DNA from: Gracilinanus agilis
Taxonomy: Eukaryota
Reading direction: 5' to 3'
Length of the DNA: 64,000 nt
NCBI RefSeq assembly: GCF_016433145.1
Contig: NC_058132.1
Coordinates: 249,324,074 to 249,388,073, forward strand
In this document: positions 52,250 through 64,000 of the stretch, one piece after another
Layout: every line of letters starts with the position of its first letter
Numbering within the stretch: the stretch's first letter is position 1
Notes under the pieces: generated by a model
What the model was told of the DNA's origin: nothing
The model's input: only the letters and a program-made list of their open reading frames with translations
Databases searched by the model: none
Program-made: the position numbers and the translations under genes

Positions 52250-53345
52250 ATCAAAATTTAATATCCAAGAAGCTGCCTATAAATTTTCCCCAACTTACTG
52301 TTTTCTTCTTAATCTTAGCTACGTTAGTTTTATGTGTACAAATCCTTTTTAATTTAATGGATTCAAAATTATTCATTTTACATTTCACAATATTTTCTAT
52401 TTCTTATTAATTCATAAATTTTCCTCTTATCATAAATCTGATAAGTAGTATGTTCCATGTTTTTCTAATTTACTTATATTCTTCTAATATGCTCTCTTAA
52501 TGCTTAGGTCATTCATCCATTTTGATCTTAACTTGGTAAATGGTATAAGATATCAGTCTATATCTAGTTTCTTCCAGACTGCTTCCCAGTTTTCTCAAAA
52601 ATTTTTACCAAATAGTGACTTTTTATCCCCAAAACTTGGATCTTTACTTTTGTCAAACACAAGATTGCTATAAGTCTTTTCAACTGTTTGTTGTATGTCT
52701 GTTATGATCCACTGATCTATTTTTCTATTTCTTAGCCAGCACCAGATAATTTTGATAATTATTGCTTTATAATATAGTTAAAAATCTAGTTCTACTCGAC
52801 CTATTTCCTTAAAATTTTTCATTATTTCCTTTGATATTCTTGAACTTTGTTTTTTTTTTCAAATGAACTTTGTTATTATTTTCTCAGAGGTCTCATCTCC
52901 AAAATAAATAGAGAATTTTGTCAAGTAAATAAGAATACATGTCATTCACCAATTGATAAATGGTCAAAAGACATGAATAGATAGTTTTTGGATGAAGAAA
53001 TCAAAGCTATATGTGAAGATAGGAAAAATGCAAAAATCATTATTTAAAACAAACAAACAAATAAACAAACAAACCTTTAACTTCCTCTCTAGAATCAATA
53101 CTGTGAATTGGTTCCAAGGCAGAAGAATGATAAAGGCTAGGCAATGGGGGTTAAATGACTTGCCCAGGGTGACATAGTTAAGAATATGAGGTCAAAATTT
53201 GAACCTAAGACCCCTTGTCTCTAGGCCTTGTTTTCCATACACTAAGCTAAATGATGCCTTCTCTAATGGGCATGGGAGGGAAGGAGGGGAAGGAAAGTTA
53301 ACTAGGTATTTTAATGTAACAAACAAATTAATTAAAATTTTTAAA
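52250..53345. mobile_element. L1 with 5' inversion (twin-priming structure), interrupted by a SINE
   Basis: Minus-strand ORF2 piece at about 52250-52880 abuts a plus-strand piece starting at about 52886 (gaggtctcatctccaaaataaatagag...caattgataaatggtc) that continues the L1 sequence where the inverted piece ends. Confidence 0.65.
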
Positions 53346-55961
53346 ATGTTGTTATCCAAATAGTCTACAGATATAAAATGTGCTTTAAAAAAATTCTCTG
53401 GGGTTTATCATGTGCTTGGCACAACACCTGGTACATGGTATATGTTTAATAAATGCTTGTTGACTTGGCTTAATAAATGCTTGTTGACTGAGGCAACGTC
53501 TGTTCTTTAGAATCAGAGACAGCTACTATCTAGGTAAATACTGTACCGTATATAAGTCATGTCTTTTTGTTTAACAAGCTTCTCTTGACTCCATGCCATC
53601 TAAATATATCTCTTTAATTACTCCCCATTACCAATTACCCTAACAATATGGACATTAATATCTGTAGCACATATTGTAAATGTGTGATATTTCACCATTT
53701 AATTCAAGGAATAAATCAAAGGTTTCTGGACTTGGAGCTTTAGATTCTTCCATCTTGGCCATGAGTTTACCTTTGGGACATTGACCACTCTGGGTCTGTT
53801 TCCTCATGTGCAAAATAAGAGGGTTGGACTAAAGGACTTTTGAGGTACCTTCCAGTTCTGATATTCTATGCCCTTCTTCAATATATGTTTGATGACAACT
53901 ACCTCAGGTTTTGTCATAGATCATAAAATCCGGACAACAGAAATAATGTCTGGAGATTCTTTATAAAGCACCACATAAAGTTTTCAACATATGCTTTTGG
54001 ATGATTAATGGATGATGCTAATTACTAGAACCAAACACTTCACTGCTCCTAAGTATCAGGAAAACTCAAGGAGAGCTTAGAGTTTTTCAATAAGGAAAAG
54101 TGAAATGCTCCACTTTTAAAATTAATTTTTACAATTCCTCATGCAGAAATTAGTTATGTCTTAAATGTGTTTTGGTGTGAGGGAAAGAACACTTTGTCAT
54201 ATCACCTTCATTCATTCCTTTCAGTTATTCATAGAACGTCTAACTCAAAATGGTGGGTAGGGATAAGAGATCAAGACATTGTCATTCATTAGCAGGGATT
54301 CTTCCAATCAGATCAGCTAGTTGGACGTTATGGGTAAATAATCCAAGTAAGATTCAATGGATTGAAAACAAAATAAGTCCCATCAGACATAAGATCACAG
54401 AATCAGAACTTGAGAAGAATTTAAAGTTCATTTAATTCAAACATTTTACATCATTGCTGTCTAGGTGAATATGCCAAATTCCAGGCTATATCCTGGAAGA
54501 GTTAACCAAATAAAATGAAGAAATATAAGAAGAAGACATGGGGAACAAAAGACTGTTTATTCTATGAAAAATATCTGGTACTACCTTTAATTATGATAGT
54601 TTCTAATACAAAAAGGCTAGACAGAAATACATATAAATGAGAGTAGAATTCTTCAGCGGCAGTGAGCGGATGAAGTTTTTTCATTCTGAAGTCTTGTGGG
54701 AAAAACATTGGCTCAAGAATCAGAAGACTTGGACTATAGTACTAGGGTGATATCATCTACCTTTGTGATCTTGGGCACATAATTTAATAAATCAATATAC
54801 ATTCATTAAGTACCTACTATATGTCAGGCTCTGTGCCGTACACTGAGGTTACAAATAAAAGCAAAAGACAGCTCTTGCTTTCAAAGAGTTCACAATCTAG
54901 TAGGAGGGACAACAGACAAGAAACTACATACAAAAAAGATATATACAGGATAAATGGAAGATAATCAACAAAGGGAAGGAACTAGTATTAAAGGATATCA
55001 GTAAAAATTTCCTTTAGAAAATATGGTTTTGACTGGGACTTGAAGGAAGCCAGGAAAGCCAGGAGGTGGCGATGAGGAGGGAGAGAATTCCAGGAAAGAG
55101 GGACAGAATCTTTCTGGGACTCAGTTATGGATGAAGAATAAGCATCTTACAGATGAGGAAAATGAACTAGCTTGCCTCTGATGGCCCTTCTAGCCCTAAA
55201 TCTAGACTGTTTCTCTACTCACTCTATGATATCTTAGAAAAAAAAGGAGCCATAAAAGATAAATTTAATGTTGCATAGGAGTGATGCCAATTTGTCAACA
55301 GTATTTATTAACTATACTTGTATAACTACAGGACTAGACTTTTGAAGGACTTACAAAGAAAGAAGATCCAGTATTCCTTTCCTTCTCTACTGCACTCTTG
55401 AGAAAAGATTGAAGGGGATGAGGAGTTAAAATGGGATTCCTACAATTCTGATTGTAAGAAAAGAGACCTTGCAAAACCAGTCTTTAACCTACAAATCTAT
55501 GAAGCAGGATGGGAAACAGATAGGGAGGGAAGCTCTTCTAATGATCTGATAAAATGATAACAACATTCAAAGCCAAGAGCAAGTACTCTTAATATCTATA
55601 AACTGTGTATAAAAAAGATCACCTCTATTTTTAGTGCTGCCCAAGTTCAGTATCCATTTCATTTTCCATTTTTGTCTTTTGTTTTACTGCTATTTCCCCC
55701 ACTTCTACTGCTTAAAGTAGTTAGGTCCTTTTGCTAAGACCCAGATTTTGCATAATAATCCTCTCTTCATCTACAAACAACTGTAATATAATTCAGTGAT
55801 ATACATGGATTGTGAAACTACTTTCCCTGCCAACATTACTACCCTTGTTAGCCTTTAGTTGAAATTGAGGTTTGAAGTAAAGAAGCCTTGCAAAAGTTAG
55901 GTAAAATGAAGGCAAGTCTTTATATTTTAGTATGTAAGAATTCCATTTTTTTCCAGTATTT

Positions 55962-56062
55962 TTTTTTAAAAATCCTTACCTTCCATCTTCCACATTTGAA
56001 TCTAGGACCTCCCATCTCTAGGCCTAACTCTCAATCCTTTGAGCTACCTAGCTGCCCCCCCC
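55962..56062 (-). mobile_element. Internally deleted MAR1_Mdo/SINE1-type SINE
   Basis: aaaatccttaccttccatctt joined directly to ccacatttgaatctaggacctccc...agctgccccc. Confidence 0.8.
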
Positions 56063-56093
56063 CGCCAATTATTCTTTAAAAATTCATCCTAAT

Positions 56094-56295
56094 GGGGGCA
56101 GCTGGGTAACTCAGTGGATTGAGAGTTAAGCCTAGAGATGGGAGGTCCTAGGTTCAAATCTGGCCTCAGACACTTCCCAGCTGTGTGACCCTTGGCAAGT
56201 CACTTGACCCCCATTGCCTACCCTTACCACTCTTCTGCCTTGGAACCAATACACAGTATTGACTCCAAGACAGAAGGTAAGAGTTTCAAAAAAAA
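56094..56295 (+). mobile_element. Full-length MAR1_Mdo-type SINE, head-to-head with the previous element
   Basis: gggggcagctgggtaactcagtgg...gacagaaggtaagagtttc plus poly-A; approximate TSD aaaattcatcctaat/aaaatccatcctatt. Confidence 0.88.
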
Positions 56296-58125
56296 AATCC
56301 ATCCTATTTCTTCCCAACTAGTACTTAAATATCTTCTTGAGACCACTTTAATACTAACAAATTTCATGAAAACTCATAGACTTTTAGAATCTCAAAGGAA
56401 GTCTGTGCAGACATGTCTTATGTAAAACATCATCAAATAAAATAGAGTAATACCAGACAAGAATTAAATAAGGAAGTGAACTTTTAAAAATTCAGTTGTG
56501 AAGTTGATGAATTGTTTGTACTTGTGAGAGCACAGTTTTCTCTTTTGAGTGTTTTCAATTACAACATTGTTTAATTGGTCAACCTTCCTGGGTTTTCAAT
56601 CTGCTCCCCCACCACCACCATTCACACCCCTTTCCCATTTTTGGCTTATTTTCCAAAGTGATCATTTTCACCTCATCCAGAATTTACCAAGTTGATAGTA
56701 GGAAAATACATATATGTACTACATATGTATATAAATACACACAGACATAAACACACACAAAACTTCTGGTATGTATCTATCTCTAAAACCATATTGATCT
56801 TTTCTGCCTTAAACACTTCTTGTATAATAAAGGAATATTGTAAGCAGATCTTCAAATAACATAAACAAGTTGGAAGCACCATGGCTGACACACAACAGAA
56901 CTCTGGCTCCAGAATAGCTATGTTGAAATCAACATTAAGCACTTTGGAGGCATGCGCTTAAATAGGAAAAAGTGATGCGGCATGGTACATAAGAGGGATT
57001 ATATTTATTTTTGCTAGGTTTTGTTGGTTCCTTTTGTCTTTACATTACTGACATTTCAATCCTTCCCTGCCCTCCACCTCCATAAAACTCTCTCTAGCAA
57101 TGGTAACAACCAAAACAGCCAAGCAAAAACACCCAATATGGTAACCACCTTTATTCTGTTCCAGTAACACTCCACCCCTCTATTATCAGCAAATACATTT
57201 TACTACCTGTTCCCCTGTTTTAAAAAAAATCTGTTTAAAAAATACAATTGATGTGAATAGGTATGAAAGCAATTTTTCAGAACAATGGTTGGCAGAATAA
57301 GATTTTTAATTAAATGTTTCCAAACCTAACATTTATTGGTAACCACCACTTTGTGCAAAAAGGACAAAGGGCCACTTTGAAAAAGTAACAGATTTTCTAG
57401 AGATGTAATTCTAAGTTAGTTTTATGGGAAATGAGCTACATTGTATTTCCACTACATTTCTAATTACAGGAGTATAATATATGTATATACACACAGGAGA
57501 TAATACTACTCAGCTTCCAAAACTGGTGGTTTTCATTTATTCACTTTCTACCTTGAAACATTTGTCTTCTCATAAAGGAAAGTCATACTGGGTAAAAATA
57601 ACCAGGTATAGGAGACATTTCTGTCCAGGTAAAAACAGATTTCTGATTTCATTCTCGATGCATTCTAGTACAGCAGAAAAACTCAGTGTGTAATAGAAAG
57701 ATTCGACATCGCAACACTGAGTTTCACTGCTACCATGTGACATAAAGTAAATCTCCTTCTTAAACCCATTGCATCACAGCAATGCTCACCTTGTCTACTT
57801 CACGGGGCTGGGAGAAAAGTACTTTATAAACTGTAAATAAATGTGCAAATGTGAGTTTTCAGCTTTTCTCAAACTCTTACCTTCTGACTTAGAATCGATT
57901 TCAAGGCAGAAAAATTATAAAGACAAGGCAATGAGGGTTAAGTGACTTGTCCAGGATCACACAGCTAAGAAATATCGGAGGCCACATTTGAACCCAGATC
58001 CACCCGGCTTCAGGTTTGGCTCTCTTCCACTGTGCTATCCAGCTGCACCAGCTACTAGCTTTAATGCAGCTAAATATATATGCACAAGACTAAGAACCCC
58101 TTCTTTCCCTTCATATCCACAATTA

Positions 58126-58187
<62 letters not shown>
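58126..58187 (+). repeat. (CTAT)n tetranucleotide microsatellite
   Basis: About 15 uninterrupted units. Confidence 0.97.
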
Positions 58188-59622
58188 CAGTAATATAATA
58201 ATAATAACAGCAACAAAAAATAAGAGAGAGCACTTATACAGTGCTTTAAGGTTTGTATAGCATTTTACATGTTATCTCCTCTGATCCTCACAACAATCCT
58301 ATAAGGAAGATCCTTATGATTGTCCCTATTTTAGAGATGAGGCTGAGAAGTTTGTCCATGGTAGGCTACACAGCGGGTAGCCTTAGAGACTAGAGTCAAA
58401 CTCAGGACTCCAAGTGCAATGCTCTACCCACTGCACCACCTAGTTGCACAAGCAATATTCTAACAGCCAATAATTATGACTATGTGCCATACAATATATT
58501 GATAATTTATAAAGTAAACATATTTATCCTTTCCAATAATTAATGTTTCTGTAGCTAATATCTTAAATGCCATTCAACTCACATTAATTTAGTAAATATT
58601 GACTGCTTCAATATAATTTACAATCAACCAATAACTATTTATTAAGGGATAGCTAGGTAGCATAGTGAATAAAGTGCTAGACCAGCAGTTGGGAACATTT
58701 GGGTTCAAATCTGATCTCAGATAATTCTTAGCTGTGTGACTCTGGGCTAGTCACTTAATCCCAATTACCTATTCCTTACCTCCTCTCTTAGACAGAAGGT
58801 AAGGATTTTTTAAAAGTTATTTATTAAATTATGTTTAATTGTTTCAATTTAATTTAATTTCAATTAATTTAATTTAATTTATTAATTTGAAAGGAGCTAT
58901 GCTAACTCTTAGGGATACAAAGAGAAAAGTACAACATTCTCTGCCCTCAAGGAGTTTATATTTCAACAGGGGAAATAATACATAAATATATTTATCATTT
59001 AGTCCTTTTAGTTGTGTCTGACTCTTCGTGATTCCATTTTCAAAGCAAAAATAATGAAATAGTTTGCCATTTCTGTTCAGCTCACTTTACAGAGGAGGAA
59101 ACTGAAGCAAACACAGTTAAGTGACTTGCCCAGCATCACACAGCTACAAAGTGTCTGAGGTCAGATGTCTTCCTGACTTCAGGCCTACTGCTCTATCCAC
59201 TGTGCCATCTAGTTGCCCTTATAAATATAAGTATATAAATATATAGGGTAATAGAAAAGAGATACTTAACTTCAAGTCCATGAATTTGTTTTTTGAAAAA
59301 ATTTATATATATAATATTTATGCTGATAACTTAACTGTACTTCAATATAATGTTTCCTTTGCAATCCTTTGTGTTTTTCTTTTGTACATTTAGAAACTTT
59401 ATTCTGAGAACCTAGGCTTTACCAGACTCCAAAGAGGTCCATTGTACACAAAATGATTAAAAACTCAAGGGAGAAGTTAGTACTCTTTCAATAACAATAG
59501 AAATTCTGAATTGCATATCAAAAAAGGAAATCAATTTTTTTTCTCCTACAACTGGATCCTTTCAAGGACTTAAGGTTATCACTGGAATAACTCCTGAAAT
59601 AATCAAGTTGGACATTTTAATC

Positions 59623-59815
59623 CAGTGATTCCCAAAATGGGCACCACTGCCCCCGGTGGGTGCTGCAGCAATCCAGAGAGGCAGTGATGGCCACAGGTGC
59701 ATTTATCTTTCCTATTAATTGCTATTAAAATGTTTTTAAATTTAATGTCCAGGGGGCTAAGTAATATTTTTTTCTGGAAAGGGGGTGGTAGGCCAAAAAA
59801 GTTTGGGAACCACTG
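59623..59815. mobile_element. hAT MITE, family B, second copy (193 bp)
   Basis: Same TIRs as 9358; TSD ttttaatc/gtttaatc. Confidence 0.92.
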
Positions 59816-61299
59816 GTTTAATCAAAAAACAACACATAGCATCTCTCCATGATGTTTCTATTTGTCCATGTGCTTCCCTTCCTCTAAACACACATGCTAC
59901 ACCCTTAATGATAATGCATTTGTGTTAATATATGAATTTGGGGTGTGTCATTCAATGCTATTATACCAAAAAACTGTTTCATACCTCATACAGCCCTTCC
60001 CAAAGGTACATAATATTAGTGTAATAGGACTGGAGCTGGAAAGGACCTTAGAGGCTTCCCATTCAAACATTCTCATAAGAAACAAAGGCATTAAGAGGAT
60101 AATTTACTTGCCTCAGTTAACTGTAACTGAGCAAGTATCCTAATTGGTGGGATATGGACCCAGGTCTTCCTGACTCTATGTGCAGTATCTATATGCAATA
60201 TCATGTTGCCTACCTAATAAAGCTGCATGACATGCCAACAACATTAACACATTTATATGTCTCTCTGAATAAATATTTGATTAAAACTGCCAAGTATCTG
60301 GTTGCCTTTTTAGATTTCAAAATAGCAGTTCTGGTGTTAAAGTGAATCAGTCTGTCAACCAACACTGATTAAGTGCCTACTATGTGCCTGCCATGCTAGA
60401 AATACGAATAGAGGCAAAAGACAGTCTCTGCTTTCAAGGATCTCATAACCTAACTGGGGAACAACCGTGTACACACAAGATAAGAGACGGGATAAATTGG
60501 AAATAATCAACAAAGGGAAGGCACTAGTAGGAGAGGGGACCAGGAAAGGATTTCCATAGAAGGTAGGATTTTAGCTGGCATTTGAGGAAATGTAGGGAAG
60601 CCAGGAGATGGAGATGAGGAAGGAGAGAATTCCATGCATAAGGGACAGTCAGTGACAATGTCTTGGAATGGACTACCTTGTTTGAGAAACTACAAGGAGG
60701 CCAGTATTCCTACATGGCATCATGCCTAGGAAGGGAGGAAGGGGCAATTGAAGGGACATAATATATAAAAAGAGTGCAAGTGGTAGGGGAAGGTTTTGAA
60801 GGACTTTAAATGCCCAATAGGATTTTATATTTGATCCTGGAGATGATATTTAAGAAAGAGTTCACTGAGTAAGAAGGTGAAATCAAGGGATGGATTCTGA
60901 AGCTTGTTTCTATTCCATTTTTTCTTCACTGCTTTAGGATCTGAGCTAATTTTTCTTCCAATCTATGAAATGGGCAGAATAATGCTTATCTTTAAAGAAC
61001 TTATAGAAGCAGTGTGTGTGACTATAGTGAACAGAGAGCTAGCCTTAAAGACCTACATTTGGCTCCTACTATATATTGGCTGTATGACCCCAAATAGTCA
61101 TTTTACCTAGGCAACTCAAAATAAATACATGAAATAGAGGATGATGTCCATAGACAAAAGAGAGGAGCATGGAATAGCTTACCTGTCAGATCTTTGGATA
61201 AGGGAAGAATTTATGTCTAAATAGATAGAGAGAACACAAAAAGGTTTTGTACAGACAAAACCAGAGCAATCAAACTGGGAAAAAAATGTATAGTAAGGA

Positions 61300-61505
61300 T
61301 GGGGTTTTTAACTGTTTTTGTGTCATGAACCTCTTTGGTATGATGGTAAAGCCTATGAACCCCTTCTCTGAATAATGTTTTGAAAAAAACTGAAGGAAAT
61401 GCAAATTTTCAGGTAGAGTTTAGCGAAAATAAAAATGTAATTAAATTCATGGACTCCCTGAAAACTATTCAAGAATGTTTTGAGATTCCCAGGTTAAACA
61501 TTTGT
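61300..61505 (+). mobile_element. Charlie4a-like hAT element, internally deleted
   Basis: tttgtgtcatgaacctctttgg...gcctatgaaccccttctctgaataatg...tgaaggaaatgcaaattttcagg...cccaggttaa. Confidence 0.7.
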
Positions 61506-63539
61506 TTTAAACCTAAATGTTGCAAAGAAGGTTCCAACCTGCTTTGGTAGAAAGAGTTTCCTCATCTAAAAGTTCTCTATATCAGTGAGATGACAGGTAC
61601 AGTCCCTATTCCCTATAAAACTTTTTGAGTTCATCACATGAAAGGCTCTAAATACAGCAGAGAGAGACGGTTTTATTACTTGGCTAGCACTCAAATAATT
61701 TTTTTTTGATCCAGAAGGAAAGAGCCAAAGCCTATAATTTTGTTTTGCACTGCTCTCCTGTTTTAGGTGCACACTAGTTTTAAGAACTCCCATGTTTTAA
61801 GTGCTTTAGAAATCTTACAGATACCCTAAGGGAGAGTTATCTTAGTCCTTCTGACCTGGCTTCACCCAGTGGAAAAACAGCTCATAATCACACAGCACAG
61901 CTGGGAAGAAACTCTTTGAGGTGCTGTCCCTTGGGTTGTCTTCACTAATCAATTGTTATGGCTCATTGGCAGTAATTAATGGAAAAAAAAAACTTGTCAA
62001 CCAGGGAAATGGAAAAACCTTTCTGGAAACATTCAGTTTTTAAAGATATCAAGAGCAACAATACTTAGCCAAAATGAGGAAACTGCATCAGTATCTAATA
62101 AGTGACACAATTAGAAACCACCAAAATTAAGCTATTAAAAGCAATCTTAAAAATGATCTAGGTGAAGAAGCCCATCAGAGAAAGGTGTTAGGCTCTAAGG
62201 AAGCCCCGACTTGAAAGGCAAATAGCTATGTGTAGAAGGCAAGAGAGGCACACACCTCCCCCATAATTGGTAATTATTCCTTGGGCCACAAAGGAGCATC
62301 AAAATGTAAACCCTGGTGGTCATGCTTTGGCCTGATGGTAAGAGCAAGACTTGGGTGTGGGTTGTGGTACAGTTATTGAATGAGTGAAGGAAAATGGTGG
62401 GTGAAGAGGGAAAAAAGAAAAAGTAGTATAACTGAGTCAGTGGGCCTCTGTGAGAAAAAGAGCCTGGATATATGAGGAAAATGAGGATGTATTTAGTAGT
62501 AACTTGGAAGTATGGACATCTTCTAGAGTATGGGGACTACACGTGGATTTATGAGACTATAGAATGAATAATGAGGTTGGTGAAGATTGGCCTATTTTAC
62601 TGGTGTTTCACATCTTGAGGCTGACTGTGGCTCTGAGTTTTAGTGTTTTTTCATAGAGAGACTGAAAGATTTTGAGAGCTGTGATGACCATGCTCTGGCC
62701 AATGTAAATATGGAACTGGCATAGTTCTGAAATTCTCCTTATGGCAGGAAGGAACCATGGGGCTTTGAGAGGAGAAAAGATTCTGTTAGAAGTTGGGAGA
62801 ACTTGGGTCCATATATAGAAGGAGCTGCACTTAAGGGCCAACTTTACAACTTGTAGCTTTGTACACAAAGGACCAAATCTGAAAAGTGTCTCCAACATAA
62901 TCTGAATATTAAACATAATCTAAATATGTGGTATTAAATTACTAAGGTAGATAAGATAAAGCCTCAGACATTTCAATTTCCTTCCAAGACAGACGCTTGT
63001 CTTTCCCTTAATTCACAGGGTAGGATTTCTCTGATAAGCACCTGATGGTTGATAGCAGAAGAAAGTGATGACAAGCGCTATTCCTAAAGCTGGGGATTTA
63101 AGTCTTAGGACAAAATATGACTTTCAAAACCTATTAAATGTGGCTGATGTTCTGAGGCTGTTGCAATCTGCATAAAATGCTCATGGTATTCAAAAAGAGA
63201 AAGGGTAAAAGAGAATACAAACTTCACCTACTGCTCTCTCGTGACCCTTCAATCAGTCAGAGGAGTGAAAACCTTGCTTCCAAGAAGGATTTGAATCTCA
63301 CCTTGGTCCCTGTAAAGGCCAGGGAACATGAAGTCTTTTATAACATGGAATGAAATCCTTTCAGTTGAGATGACCCTTAGCAGAATGCAACCTCAAAGCA
63401 CACTCACTGCAATAATTTCTATTTATGGGGCTCCCAGGATGAGACAAGGAAAGTTCCATGGATCAGCCCCATGGCACTATTTCATGTCTACTCTGATAGA
63501 AGAAGCTTACATAAGTGTCATCAAAGTCATTTGTGATCA

Positions 63540-63785
<246 letters not shown>

Positions 63786-64000
63786 CTACTTAGTGAAGAT
63801 CATATTAGAATAGCCTCGGAACACTATTTTAGATAATATAGTATGTCCTTGGGAATGCTCAGAGGGTGCCATATTAACTAAAGAATAAGAAGGACAAGAA
63901 ATGAGCCTATAAATGTATGTTTTTTTAAAAAATCAAAACAAAACTCACCCTGGCAGCCTATGAAAAATTAAAAACAAAAACAAAAAAGCTCATTCAAGCT

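Noticed and set aside
53447-53490. Tandem ttaataaatgcttgttgact repeat
   Set aside because: Simple slippage in an L2 tail; two units only, not an array.
55625-55634. Perfect MEF2 site CTATTTTTAG
   Set aside because: A few such 10-mers are expected by chance in 64 kb of AT-rich DNA, and it has no supporting cluster.

Overview
This is AT-rich vertebrate genomic DNA from a didelphid marsupial, most likely Monodelphis domestica. The species call is an inference from SINE1_Mdo/MAR1-type CORE-SINEs, a 7SL-derived P7SL-like SINE and marsupial L1/L2/L3 copies. The only protein-coding sequence I can support is the first coding exon of MAP3K20 (ZAK/MLK7) on the minus strand (exon 63573-63765, CDS 63573-63731, 53 codons). 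The rest (1-63572) is the following intron; I did not find the next ZAK exon in it. The intron is packed with TEs: a ~7 kb decayed L1, a twin-primed L1, L2, L3/CR1, two LTRs, many SINEs, at least six hAT-type MITE families and a palindromic Tc1/mariner-like MITE. There is a 244-N gap. Best leads: (1) an out-of-frame AUG 5 nt upstream of the ZAK start codon opening a 45-codon overlapping uORF; (2) a near-perfect 131-bp-arm palindrome; (3) a solo LTR with ETS/TATA/AP-1/splice-donor motifs pointing antisense; (4) a tightly spaced inverted SINE hairpin. TE family names come from recalled consensus similarity, not a database search, and many TE boundaries are approximate.
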